Positions 28,914 through 37,919 of a DNA stretch of 64,000 bases are shown one piece after another; within the stretch, counting starts at the first letter, position 1, and each line of letters starts with the position of its first letter. The stretch covers positions 8,449 through 72,448 of the forward strand of contig JBGPOE010000008.1 of the NCBI GenBank assembly GCA_041487875.1, in the 5' to 3' direction. The notes under the pieces were generated by a model. That model was given only the letters and a program-made list of their open reading frames with translations, had not been told where the DNA came from and did not search any database. The translations under genes were made by a program, and so were the position numbers. Source of the stretch: Gemmatimonadota bacterium (lineage in GTDB: Bacteria; Gemmatimonadota; Gemmatimonadetes; Gemmatimonadales; GWC2-71-9).

Positions 28914-29792
28914 ATGAACCCCCGTCTCCGCCTCGTCTTCGCCGCGGCGCTCTTCTCCACCGCGGGCGCCGCGATCAAGTGGTGCCAGTTCGGCGCCTGG
29001 CAGATCGCGGCGTTCCGCGGCCTCGTGGCGGGCGTCACCATCCTGCTGCTCATTCCCGCGGCGCGGCGGTCGTGGTCGTGGCGCGCCGCGGCGGTGGGGC
29101 TCGCCTACGCGGGCGCCGGCATCTGCTTCGTGCTCGCCAACAAGCTGACCACGGCCGCGAACACGGTGTTCCTCCAGGCGACCAACCCGCTGTACATCCT
29201 GCTGCTCGCGCCGTGGCTGCTGCACGAGCGCCCGTCGCGCAGCGATCTCTTCTACATGGCGGTGGTGGTGGCCGGGTTGGTGCTGCTCTTCTCGAGCGCG
29301 CCGCGACACTTCGCGACAGCGCCCGATCCGCGGCTCGGCAATATCCTCGCAGCGGGGAGTGCGGTGTGCTGGGCGTTGAGCGTCATCGGCTACCGCTGGG
29401 TCGCTCGGGGTGCGGCGGACCCGCGTGGCGCGGTGGCGAGCGCCGCCGCGGCCGGAAATTTCTTTGTGTTTGCGCTGGCCCTGCCATGGGCGCTGCCGCT
29501 CGCCGGCGGTCGCGCCGCCGACTGGGCGACGGTCACCTACCTCGGCGTGTTCCAGCTGGGCGTGGCCTACGTGTTCCTGTCGCGCGCCATCCCGCACGTG
29601 CCGGCGCTCGAGGCCTCCCTCGTGATGCTGGTGGAGCCCGTGCTGAACCCTATCTGGGCCTGGCTGGTGCACGGCGAGACGCCGGGCCAGCGCGCCCTCG
29701 CGGGCGGGCTCGTCATCCTCGGCGCGACAGTCGTGAAGACGTGGCGGGACGCGCGCGTGCTGCCGGCGCCCATCCCGCTCCTCGAGCCTTGA
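28914..29792 (+). CDS. DMT/EamA-family transporter
   Basis: About 10 TM helices; TTAANTVFLQ, EPVLNPIW.WL..GETP. Confidence 0.9.
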   Translation: MNPRLRLVFAAALFSTAGAAIKWCQFGAWQIAAFRGLVAGVTILLLIPAARRSWSWRAAAVGLAYAGAGICFVLANKLTTAANTVFLQATNPLYILLLAPWLLHERPSRSDLFYMAVVVAGLVLLFSSAPRHFATAPDPRLGNILAAGSAVCWALSVIGYRWVARGAADPRGAVASAAAAGNFFVFALALPWALPLAGGRAADWATVTYLGVFQLGVAYVFLSRAIPHVPALEASLVMLVEPVLNPIWAWLVHGETPGQRALAGGLVILGATVVKTWRDARVLPAPIPLLEP

Positions 29793-29795
29793 GCG

Positions 29796-30167
29796 TCAGG
29801 GCTTGCTGCTGGTGCTGTCCTTGCGGTCCTTCCGCAGGTCGCGCCGGTCGTGCCGGATATCCCGCCGATCGGAACGCTTGTCACGCCGGTCGCCCCGCAC
29901 GTCGCGGCGGTCACTGCGCAGCTCGTGCGTGTCGTGACGCACGGCGGCGCTGTCGCCGCTCTTGACGTCCTGGCGCCGATCTTGGCGATCCGAGCGGATG
30001 TCGCGCCGGTCGCTGCGCGTGTCGCGGCGGTCGTGCCGCAGGTCGCGCCGGTCGTGCCGGACGTCGTGGCGGTCCTTGGTGGTGTCCGCTGGTTGCTGCG
30101 CGGCGGCGTACGCCGGCACCCCCAAGGCGAGGGTCACCGCGGCGAGAAACAGCGTGCGATGTCGCAT
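29796..30167 (-). CDS. Secreted protein with DRRDxRx heptad repeats
   Basis: Signal peptide ending AYA-AA followed by about 11 charged heptads. Confidence 0.75.
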   Translation of the reverse strand: MRHRTLFLAAVTLALGVPAYAAAQQPADTTKDRHDVRHDRRDLRHDRRDTRSDRRDIRSDRQDRRQDVKSGDSAAVRHDTHELRSDRRDVRGDRRDKRSDRRDIRHDRRDLRKDRKDSTSSKP

Positions 30168-30297
30168 ACAGTCGTCCTGGTTCAGGTTCGGTGGTGAGAC
30201 GCCGGGCGGTCCGGCGTGTTAAGCTCGACCGCTGGAGACCCACCGGATGTGAGCCTGGTCACCGGCCGCCATGAAGACGCGTAGATTGGACCCTCGC

Positions 30298-31473
30298 ATG
30301 CCCGGCACCCGGAACCGCTTCGCCATTCTGTTTTTCACGATCCTGGTCGACCTGATCGGGTTCGGCATCATCATCCCGATCCTGCCGTACTACGCCCAGC
30401 GATTCGGGGCGTCGGGCTTGGGCTACGGGGCGCTGATCGGCGTGTACTCCGGCATGCAGTTCCTGGCGACCGCGATTCTCGGCCGGTTGTCGGACCGCGT
30501 CGGCCGCCGTCCCGTTCTCCTCACCACGATGGTGCTGAACGCCGCGGGCTACCTGTTGTTCGCGGCGGCGCACTCCTACGTCGTGCTGCTCGTCGCGCGG
30601 GTGGTGTCGGGCTTCGCCGGCGGCAACATCTCCGCCGCGCAAGCGTACATGGCCGACATCACGACGCCGGCGGAGCGCTCGCGCGGAATGGGCATCGTGG
30701 GCGCCGCCTTCGGGATCGGTTTCGTGATCGGGCCGGTGCTGGGCGGGTTGTCGCACCACTACATCGGCCCGGCGGCGCCGCCGCTGATCGCGGCCGCGCT
30801 GTCGCTCGCCAACTTCGTGTCGGCGTTCTTCATCCTGCCGGAATCGCTGGCTCTCGAGCATCGCGCCGCCCGCCCCATGTTCGATTTTTCGCATCTGCTC
30901 GACGCGCTGCGCCATCCCCAGCTGGCGCCGCTGATGTGGGCGTGGGCGGTGGCCCCGTTCGCCTTCGCCGGGTATAGCGTGGCGCTGCCATTCTGGGCCG
31001 CGGCGGTGTTCGGATGGGGCGCGCAGCAGCTGGGGTGGCTGTTCACCGCTATCGGCGCCACGGCTGCGATCGTGCAGGGCTGGGCATTCAGCCGGCTCGC
31101 CGCCCGCACCGGCGACCGCCGCCTCATCATCGCCGGCGGGTTCGGCATGGCCTTGGCAATCGCCGTGGTGCCGCTGCTGCCCAGCGTCGCGCTGTTGTAT
31201 CTCTTCACGATCGTGCTCGCGTTCTCGAACAGCATCTTTGTCCCGGCCGCGACCGGCATGGTGTCGATCTTCGCCGACCCCACTGAGCAGGGCTCGGTGC
31301 TCGGGGCGGCGCAGGCGTTGTCGGCGCTGGGGCGCCTGCTCGGTCCGCTCGTGCTGGGGCTGCTGTTCGACAGGGTGTCGCCGGCGGCCGCATTCGTCAC
31401 CGCCGGCGTCATCATGGCGATCGCGGCCACGGCCACGATCAGGCTGCCCGAGGATCATCCCCACCCCGTTTGA
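30298..31473 (+). CDS. MFS transporter (TetA/DHA1-like)
   Basis: DLIGFGIIIPILP, motif A GRLSDRVGRRPVL, GAAFGIGFVIGP; alternative ATG at 30271. Confidence 0.92.
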   Translation: MPGTRNRFAILFFTILVDLIGFGIIIPILPYYAQRFGASGLGYGALIGVYSGMQFLATAILGRLSDRVGRRPVLLTTMVLNAAGYLLFAAAHSYVVLLVARVVSGFAGGNISAAQAYMADITTPAERSRGMGIVGAAFGIGFVIGPVLGGLSHHYIGPAAPPLIAAALSLANFVSAFFILPESLALEHRAARPMFDFSHLLDALRHPQLAPLMWAWAVAPFAFAGYSVALPFWAAAVFGWGAQQLGWLFTAIGATAAIVQGWAFSRLAARTGDRRLIIAGGFGMALAIAVVPLLPSVALLYLFTIVLAFSNSIFVPAATGMVSIFADPTEQGSVLGAAQALSALGRLLGPLVLGLLFDRVSPAAAFVTAGVIMAIAATATIRLPEDHPHPV

Positions 31474-31499
31474 CACCCCCAAAAGGCGGCGGACATATT
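31470..31499 (+). promoter_or_regulatory. Putative sigma70 promoter of the EF-G2 gene
   Basis: TTGACA-18-CATATT upstream of an AGGAGG RBS. Confidence 0.5.
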
Positions 31500-31524
31500 T
31501 CCCTCCCCCCTGCAGGAGGTGTCC

Positions 31525-33624
31525 GTGCGTGTGTACAAGACAGGAGAGCTCCGCAATGTGGCCGTGGTGGGCCACGGCGCGAGCGGCAAGACCTCCCTGG
31601 TCGACGCCCTGGCGTTCGTGGCCGGCACGAGCAAGCGCCACGGGTCCATAAAAGACGGCACCGCCCTCACCGACTACACCGCTGACGAAATCGAACACAA
31701 GTACTCCATCAACCTCGCCCTGGGCGTGGCCGAATGGATGGAGACCAAGGTCAACCTGATCGACACTCCGGGATACTTGGACTTCACGGGCGAAGCGCTC
31801 GCGGGCATTTGGGCGGCGGACGCCGCCGTAGTGGTAGTCTCCGCCACGGGCGGCGTGGAGGTCGGCACCGAGAAGGTTTGGGATTACGCCGAGCAGCGGG
31901 GGGTGCCGCGCCTCTTCTTCGTCTCCCTGATGGACAAAGAGCACGCCGACTTCGAGAAGGTGTACCGGCAGATCAAGGAGCGCCTCACCGCCAAAGTGAT
32001 CCCGGTCGAAATCCCGGTGGGGGAGGGCCCGGACTTTCACGGCGTCATCAACCTGTTCTCCAAGAAGTGCCACCTCTACAAGAAGGGGACCAAAACGGGC
32101 GAGTACGAGGAGGGGGACGTGCCGCCCGAGTACCGCGATCGCTTCGAGCAATACGCCAAGGAGCTCACCGAGTCGATCGCCGAGACGGACGAGACGTTGC
32201 TGGACCATTACCTCAGCGGCCAGGAGATCACGCGCGACGAAGCGCTCGCCGCGATGAAAGCGGGGATGCTCAAGGGGGAGATCTTCCCGCTGTTCTGCGG
32301 CGCCGCCGAGCTCACCTATGGCACGCGGGCGCTGCTCACCAAGATGGTGGAGCTGTGTCCGTCGCCGGCCGAGCGCCCGCCGGTGGAAGCCCAGAAGTGG
32401 GGGAGCGCCGAGCCCGTCGCGCTGCGGCCCGACGACGCGGGTCCCTTCGTGGCGCAGGTGTTCAAGACGATGTCGGAGCCGCACGTGGGCGACGTGACGT
32501 TCTTCCGGATCCATTCGGGGGCCGTGAAGAACGGGCAGGACGTCTACAACGCGCCGCGCCAGGCGATGGAGAAGCTCAACCACCTGTGCGTCGCGGTGGG
32601 CAAGGATCGCACGGAAATCGCGGAGCTGCACTCGGGCGACATCGGCGCCGTGGCGAAGCTGCGCGATACGCACACCAACGACTCCCTGTCCACCAAGGAG
32701 CGCCCGATCGTCCTCCCCAAGATCCCGTTCCCCGACCCGATCATCACGGAGGCGGTGGAGGTGAAACAGCGGGGTGAGGAGGACAAACTGTCGACCGCGC
32801 TCCACAAGCTGCACGAGGAAGATCCGACCTTCCACCACGAGTTCAACTCCGAGCTGGGCCAGACGCTGATTCGCGGTCTGGGCGAGCGCCACCTCGAGAT
32901 CGTGGTGGGGCGGCTGGCGCGCAAGTACGGCGTGCACGCGCTGATCGCTAAGCCGAAGATCGCCTACCGTGAGACGCTGCGAGGCAAGGCCGAAGGGCAG
33001 GGCAAGCACAAGAAGCAGACGGGCGGCCGCGGCCAATACGGCGACTGCTGGATCCGCGTCGCCCCGTTACCGCGCGGCAGCGGATTCGTCTTCGAAGACA
33101 AGATCGTGGGCGGCGTGATTCCCCGGCAGTACATCCCGGCGGTCGAGCGCGGGATCGTCGAAGCCACCACGCGGGGGCCGGTGGCGGGCTATCCCGTGGT
33201 GGACTTCAAGGTCGAGCTGTACGACGGCTCCTACCACGACGTGGACTCGAACGAGATGTCGTTCAAGATGGCGGGGATCCTCGCCTTCCGGAACGTGAGT
33301 CCCAACTGCAAGCCCGCCTTGCTCGAGCCGATTCTCGAGGTGGCGGTGCTCACTCCGGACGACTACCTGGGCGCGGTGATGGGCGATCTGTCGTCGCGGC
33401 GCGGCCACATCCTCGGGACCGAGAAGGAAGGGCGGTTGTCGCGGGTGAAGGCGCTCGTCCCCGAGGCGGAGCTCGACCGCTACGCGACGACGCTGTACTC
33501 GTTGACGCACGGGCGCGGCACCTACCGGCAGAAGTTCCATACGTACGAGCAGGTGCCGCCCGAGGTGGCGCACAAAGTGGTGGACGCGCGCAAGCAGGAG
33601 CTCGAGACGGCGAAGGCGGACTAA
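31525..33624 (+). CDS. fusA: Elongation factor G-like protein (EF-G2)
   Basis: GHGASGKT, DTPGYLDF, EEDPTF, KKQTGGRGQYG, DGSYHDVDS; outside the str operon, divergent G2/G4 motifs. Confidence 0.92.
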   Translation: MRVYKTGELRNVAVVGHGASGKTSLVDALAFVAGTSKRHGSIKDGTALTDYTADEIEHKYSINLALGVAEWMETKVNLIDTPGYLDFTGEALAGIWAADAAVVVVSATGGVEVGTEKVWDYAEQRGVPRLFFVSLMDKEHADFEKVYRQIKERLTAKVIPVEIPVGEGPDFHGVINLFSKKCHLYKKGTKTGEYEEGDVPPEYRDRFEQYAKELTESIAETDETLLDHYLSGQEITRDEALAAMKAGMLKGEIFPLFCGAAELTYGTRALLTKMVELCPSPAERPPVEAQKWGSAEPVALRPDDAGPFVAQVFKTMSEPHVGDVTFFRIHSGAVKNGQDVYNAPRQAMEKLNHLCVAVGKDRTEIAELHSGDIGAVAKLRDTHTNDSLSTKERPIVLPKIPFPDPIITEAVEVKQRGEEDKLSTALHKLHEEDPTFHHEFNSELGQTLIRGLGERHLEIVVGRLARKYGVHALIAKPKIAYRETLRGKAEGQGKHKKQTGGRGQYGDCWIRVAPLPRGSGFVFEDKIVGGVIPRQYIPAVERGIVEATTRGPVAGYPVVDFKVELYDGSYHDVDSNEMSFKMAGILAFRNVSPNCKPALLEPILEVAVLTPDDYLGAVMGDLSSRRGHILGTEKEGRLSRVKALVPEAELDRYATTLYSLTHGRGTYRQKFHTYEQVPPEVAHKVVDARKQELETAKAD

Positions 33625-33642
33625 TTCCGTGAGGAGGAGCGT

Positions 33643-34539
33643 ATGAAGCGCATCGTTACTATCGGCCTGGGCGTCATCCTGGCCGCTGGCTGTAAACCCG
33701 CCGCGAAGACGCCGGCGGGCCCCACCAAGATCGCTACGGTGGACTCGCTGCAAACGCCCGAGTCGGTGATGTGGGACGCCAGCCAGGACATGTACTTCGT
33801 GTCGAACATCAACGGCAATCCATCGGCCAAGGACGGCAATGGGTTCATCAGCCGGGTGAAGCCGGACGGCGCGATGGATAACCTGCACTTCATCCAAGGT
33901 GGCCGGAACGGCGTCACCCTCAACGCGCCCAAGGGTCTGGCCGTGCGGGGCGACACGTTGTGGGTGACCGACATCGACGCCGTCCGGGCGTTCAACGCCA
34001 CGACCGGCGCGCCGATCGCCTCGGTGGTCGTGCCGGGGGCCGTGTTCCTCAACGATCCGGCGTTCGGACCGGACGGATCGCTGTACGTGACCGACACCGG
34101 TCTCGGCTTCGACGCCAAGGGCAACATGTCGCACCCCGGCCCGGATCGCATTTTCCGGATCGCGCCGGACCGCAAGGTCGGCGTGGCCGCCCAGGGAGAC
34201 ACGCTCAAGGGCCCCAACGGCATCACGTGGGACGGGACGAACGGCCGCTTCATCGTGGTGGCGAACAACGGTCCGTATGTGTTCAGCTGGAAGCCGGGGG
34301 ATGCGGCGCCGGCGGTGATCGCCACGGGCCCGGGTGGCTTCGATGGCGTGGAGATGGCCGGCGGGATGATCTACGTGTCGAGCTGGACGGATTCCACAGT
34401 CTCGATGTACGAGTCGGGGCACGAAGTGAGGGTGATCAGCGGCGTGCCCAGCCCGGCCGATATCGGGTTCGACGCCAAGCGCCACCGCATCCTGGTCCCG
34501 ATCTTCACCGGCAACCGCGTGGAGATCTGGCAGCCCTGA
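33643..34539 (+). CDS. SMP-30/gluconolactonase-like beta-propeller lipoprotein
   Basis: GAGGAGG RBS; lipobox LAAGC; TPESV, LNAPKGL, FLND, PNGI, DGV, PADI. Confidence 0.85.
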   Translation: MKRIVTIGLGVILAAGCKPAAKTPAGPTKIATVDSLQTPESVMWDASQDMYFVSNINGNPSAKDGNGFISRVKPDGAMDNLHFIQGGRNGVTLNAPKGLAVRGDTLWVTDIDAVRAFNATTGAPIASVVVPGAVFLNDPAFGPDGSLYVTDTGLGFDAKGNMSHPGPDRIFRIAPDRKVGVAAQGDTLKGPNGITWDGTNGRFIVVANNGPYVFSWKPGDAAPAVIATGPGGFDGVEMAGGMIYVSSWTDSTVSMYESGHEVRVISGVPSPADIGFDAKRHRILVPIFTGNRVEIWQP

Positions 34540-34554
34540 CGCCTCCTGGCCGCG

Positions 34555-35346
34555 TCACCGCCGGGCGCCGCGGAGGAGGAGCCGCAGCTCGGGCTCCTCG
34601 CGGCGGCAGGCGAGGTAGTTCGGTCCCAGAAAGTCTTCGTCCCCCAGGTCATAGGGCCGCACGTCCACGTGGTCGGGATAGATCTTCCCGACGACGTAGC
34701 CGTGTGCCGCGAACAGGTCGTAGAAGTGCTTGAGCAGGAAGCCCGTCAACACGTTGACGCGCCCGTACTCGAACTGAATGAACCGGACGCGCCGCTGAGC
34801 CAGCGCCTGCGAGAGCCCGCGGAGCACCAGATGCTCGGCGCCCTCGACGTCCATTTTCAGGAAGTCCACTGTGGTGAGGCCCTTGTCCGCGAGGAACGCG
34901 TCGCCGGTGGTCACATCACAGTCGAGCGTGTCGCCCGTCCAAGCGTGGGGATACTCGGTGAATGTGGCGTGGGTGCTGGCGGTGGAGTGGTAGTGGATGC
35001 GGAGCCGGCCCGTGTGGTCTGCCAGGCCGAGGTTGACGGGATGGATTTGCGTGGCGCCCGCCGTCTGCGCGCGTAGCCGCTCAAACGTGGCCGGCACGAT
35101 TTCGAGCGCGTAAATGGTGGCGCTGGGGAAGGCGCGGGCGGCGAGAGTGGACCAGGTGCCCACGTTCGCGCCCACGTCGAGGATCGTGCGGATATCGGCG
35201 CCGGCAAGCCGCTCGAGCAGCCAGCGCTCGCCGTTCCGCTCGGGCTTGTAGCTCGCGTTCCCGTACCACTTCAGGTACTGCCGGCACAGCCGCGCGAGCG
35301 TCCGGAACGCCGGATTACTGCGTACTCGCGCTGTCGGGCGTAGCAT
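34555..35346 (-). CDS. FkbM-family SAM methyltransferase
   Basis: ILDVGANVG, VDFLKMDVEGAEHLVL.G, IQFEY. Confidence 0.9.
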   Translation of the reverse strand: MLRPTARVRSNPAFRTLARLCRQYLKWYGNASYKPERNGERWLLERLAGADIRTILDVGANVGTWSTLAARAFPSATIYALEIVPATFERLRAQTAGATQIHPVNLGLADHTGRLRIHYHSTASTHATFTEYPHAWTGDTLDCDVTTGDAFLADKGLTTVDFLKMDVEGAEHLVLRGLSQALAQRRVRFIQFEYGRVNVLTGFLLKHFYDLFAAHGYVVGKIYPDHVDVRPYDLGDEDFLGPNYLACRREEPELRLLLRGARR

Positions 35347-35403
35347 GGGGGAGAAGCTGGCCCCGCCTCTCCGGCGGCGCTACCCCACCAGCACCGCCTC
35401 GAA

Positions 35404-36477
35404 CTAGACCGGCACTTCGGCCGGCTGCGGCTGCTTGTAGGTGAAGCGCTGCCCGGCGTAGTTGCGCAGCACCACTTCGTCGTCGGTGATCGACTCCACG
35501 TACTCCGGGAGCAGCGGGATCTTCCCCCCGCCTCCCGGGGCGTCGATCACGAAGTGCGGCACCGCCAGCCCGGACGTCCAGCCGCGCAAGGCCTTGATGA
35601 TCTCCAGGCCCTTCTCGACCGTGGTACGGAAGTGCTCGGCGCCCGCCACCTGGTCGCACATGTAGATGTAGTACGGCCGCACCCGGGCGGTGAGCAGCTT
35701 CTGCATCAGCCGCTTCATCACCGCCGCATCGTCGTTCACGCCCTTCAACAGGACCGTCTGACAGCCCAGCGGAATGCCGGCGTCGGCCAGCATGCCCAAC
35801 GCCTGCACCGCGGCGGGCGTCAGCTCGTCGGGGTGGTTGAAGTGCGTGTTGATGTAGAGCGGGTGGTATTTCTTCAAGATCGCGCACAGTTCGGGCGTAA
35901 TCCGCTCCGGCAGGTGGCAGGGAATACGGCTGCCGATCCGGATCACCTCGAGGTGCTTGATGGCCCGCAGGCGCTTGCACAGCTCCTCGATGCGGCGGTC
36001 GGAAAGCAGCAACGGGTCCCCGCCCGACATGATCACGTCGCGGATCTCGGTGTGCTGCTCCAAGTACTGGAACGCCGACTCGAGCTGCGACATTGGAATC
36101 TTCTCGGGGTCGCCCACTTTGCGGCGTCGCGTGCAGAAGCGGCAATAGGTGGCGCACACCGGCGAGACCAGAAACAGCGCCCGGTCGGGGTAGCGGTGCG
36201 TGATGTTGGGTACGGGAGAGTGCTCGTCTTCGGCCAACGAATCCACCATGCCGTCGTGCACCTCGAGCTCCTGCACGGTGGGCACGTATTGGCGCCAGAT
36301 CGGGTCGTCGGGCGCCTGGATCAGGTCCACCATCGCCGGGGAAATCCGGAACTCGAAGTTCTCGGCCGCCTGCTTCAGCTTCTCGATCTCGGGGAAGTGC
36401 TCCGCCCCGAACCGCGCGGCGAGCTGCTCCAGCGACGTGAGACTGCGCTTACGCAGTAGTTCCTGCCAGGTCTCCAT
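35404..36477 (-). CDS. KamA-family radical SAM, lysine 2,3-aminomutase-like
   Basis: HRYPDR, CATYCRFCTRRR, SGGDPL, THFNHP, YMCD, DAPGGGGKIP. Confidence 0.93.
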   Translation of the reverse strand: METWQELLRKRSLTSLEQLAARFGAEHFPEIEKLKQAAENFEFRISPAMVDLIQAPDDPIWRQYVPTVQELEVHDGMVDSLAEDEHSPVPNITHRYPDRALFLVSPVCATYCRFCTRRRKVGDPEKIPMSQLESAFQYLEQHTEIRDVIMSGGDPLLLSDRRIEELCKRLRAIKHLEVIRIGSRIPCHLPERITPELCAILKKYHPLYINTHFNHPDELTPAAVQALGMLADAGIPLGCQTVLLKGVNDDAAVMKRLMQKLLTARVRPYYIYMCDQVAGAEHFRTTVEKGLEIIKALRGWTSGLAVPHFVIDAPGGGGKIPLLPEYVESITDDEVVLRNYAGQRFTYKQPQPAEVPV

Positions 36478-36949
36478 CCGCCAGATCCTTGAGATAGATC
36501 ACCAGGTCGTCACCGGGCGCGTAATAGCCCGGAAGGGTGGCGGCCCTGGTGTAGCCGCGTCGTTCGTAAAACCGGCGCGTCGGCTCGTACACCGCGCGCG
36601 AGGACGTTTCGACCACAATCAGCCGTCCGTCGTCCGCTTGCAGTTGCTCTTCCACTGCGGCGAGCAGCTGACCGCCGATGCCCTCGCCCTGCCGCTCCGG
36701 GTCGACCGCGATCCAGTACAGGTCGTAGGTCCCGCGCGTCCCCGGCGTTGGCCCCCAGCACGCCCACCCCACGAGCGTCGCGCTGTCGTAGGCGCCGAGG
36801 AAGCGGTAGTCCTCGTCGCCCGCCAGCGCCTCGTCCAGCAGCTCGACCGCGGTGGCGACCTCTTCCTCGTGGAAGAGGCCCGTCGCCCTGGTCAGGGCCT
36901 CAAGTCGTGCGCGTTGCGCGCGCCCGATGGGGCGCAGCGAGCAGCTCAC
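36449..36949 (-). CDS. GNAT-family N-acetyltransferase
   Basis: DLYWIAVDPERQGEGIG, VETSS...Y.PTRRFY, YYAPGDD; start uncertain. Confidence 0.88.
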   Translation of the reverse strand: MSCSLRPIGRAQRARLEALTRATGLFHEEEVATAVELLDEALAGDEDYRFLGAYDSATLVGWACWGPTPGTRGTYDLYWIAVDPERQGEGIGGQLLAAVEEQLQADDGRLIVVETSSRAVYEPTRRFYERRGYTRAATLPGYYAPGDDLVIYLKDLADGDLAGTTA

Positions 36950-37919
36950 GGGCGGCCTTGGCACCCTGCGCCTCGCGGAGCGCCACCTCCGCGATGCGGC
37001 GCACCAGCTCCGCGTAGTCCCACCCCACCGCCCGCGCCATGCGCGAGAGACCGGCGTCGTCGTTCAGGTCGGGGTTGGGATTCACTTCCAGGATCCACGG
37101 CCGCCCCTGCGCATCCACCCGCAGGTCCACCCGGCCGTAACCCTTGCCCTGCATCGCGCGCCACGCCGCCTCGGCCGTCCGCGCCAGCCGCTCGGCGAGC
37201 TTCTGGGAAATCTGCGCCGGACAGATCGGCACGCTGCCGCGGTCGTCCGGCGAGCCGGTGGCCCACTTCGCGGCGTACGTGAGGATCGGCAGCCGGTCCT
37301 CCGGCCAGAGCGAGAAATCGATCTCGGAGATCGGCAACATCCGGTCGCCCACGAAGCCGACGTTGAACTCGCGGCCCGTGACGTACTCCTGTACCAGCAC
37401 GTCGTCGAACTGCTCCGTCATCGCGGCGATGCGGGCGCGCAACGCCTTGCGATCGGTCACCACCGACCCGTGGTCGAGACCGGCGCTCGCGTCCTCGGCG
37501 GCGGGCTTGACGATGGCGGGGAGCGGGAAGTCGTCGGGCACGCGCCCCTGGGCCACCAGCCACCGCGGCACGGGCAAGCCGGCCTGCGCGAGGATCGCGT
37601 TGCACACCGCCTTGCGGCGCGCGGCGGCGATGGTCCACACGCCGCAGCCCGTCACGGGAATCCCGGCGAACTCGAGCGCCGCCACGACGTGCTCTTCCCA
37701 CGCCGAAACGCCGTGCACGCCCTCGCACAGATTGAAGACCAGGTCGGCCCGGCGGCAGGCGGCGAACCAGCGCAGGTCGTGGCGGACGGGGAATTTCTTG
37801 ACGTCGTGCCCCAGCGCGCCGAAGATGCGCCCCACTTCGTCCACCGCCGTCATCACGCCGGCGACGTCCTCCGCCGTCCAGTCTCGGGCCCCCGGGTCGT
37901 ACAGGATGACGATTCTCAC
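36900..37919 (-). CDS. D-Ala-D-Ala ligase-like ATP-grasp protein (2)
   Basis: VFNLCEG, IVKPAAEDAS, EYVTGREF, GRVDLR, LEVNPNP; GTGA coupling. Confidence 0.9.
   Translation of the reverse strand: MRIVILYDPGARDWTAEDVAGVMTAVDEVGRIFGALGHDVKKFPVRHDLRWFAACRRADLVFNLCEGVHGVSAWEEHVVAALEFAGIPVTGCGVWTIAAARRKAVCNAILAQAGLPVPRWLVAQGRVPDDFPLPAIVKPAAEDASAGLDHGSVVTDRKALRARIAAMTEQFDDVLVQEYVTGREFNVGFVGDRMLPISEIDFSLWPEDRLPILTYAAKWATGSPDDRGSVPICPAQISQKLAERLARTAEAAWRAMQGKGYGRVDLRVDAQGRPWILEVNPNPDLNDDAGLSRMARAVGWDYAELVRRIAEVALREAQGAKAARELLAAPHRARATRTT

Noticed and set aside
29796-30080. CRISPR-like or DNA tandem array
   Set aside because: The 21-nt periodicity is explained by protein heptads; there are no unique spacers and no cas genes
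35404-36477. EF-P beta-lysylation enzyme EpmB
   Set aside because: No efp or epmA nearby; motifs and context fit a KamA-type enzyme
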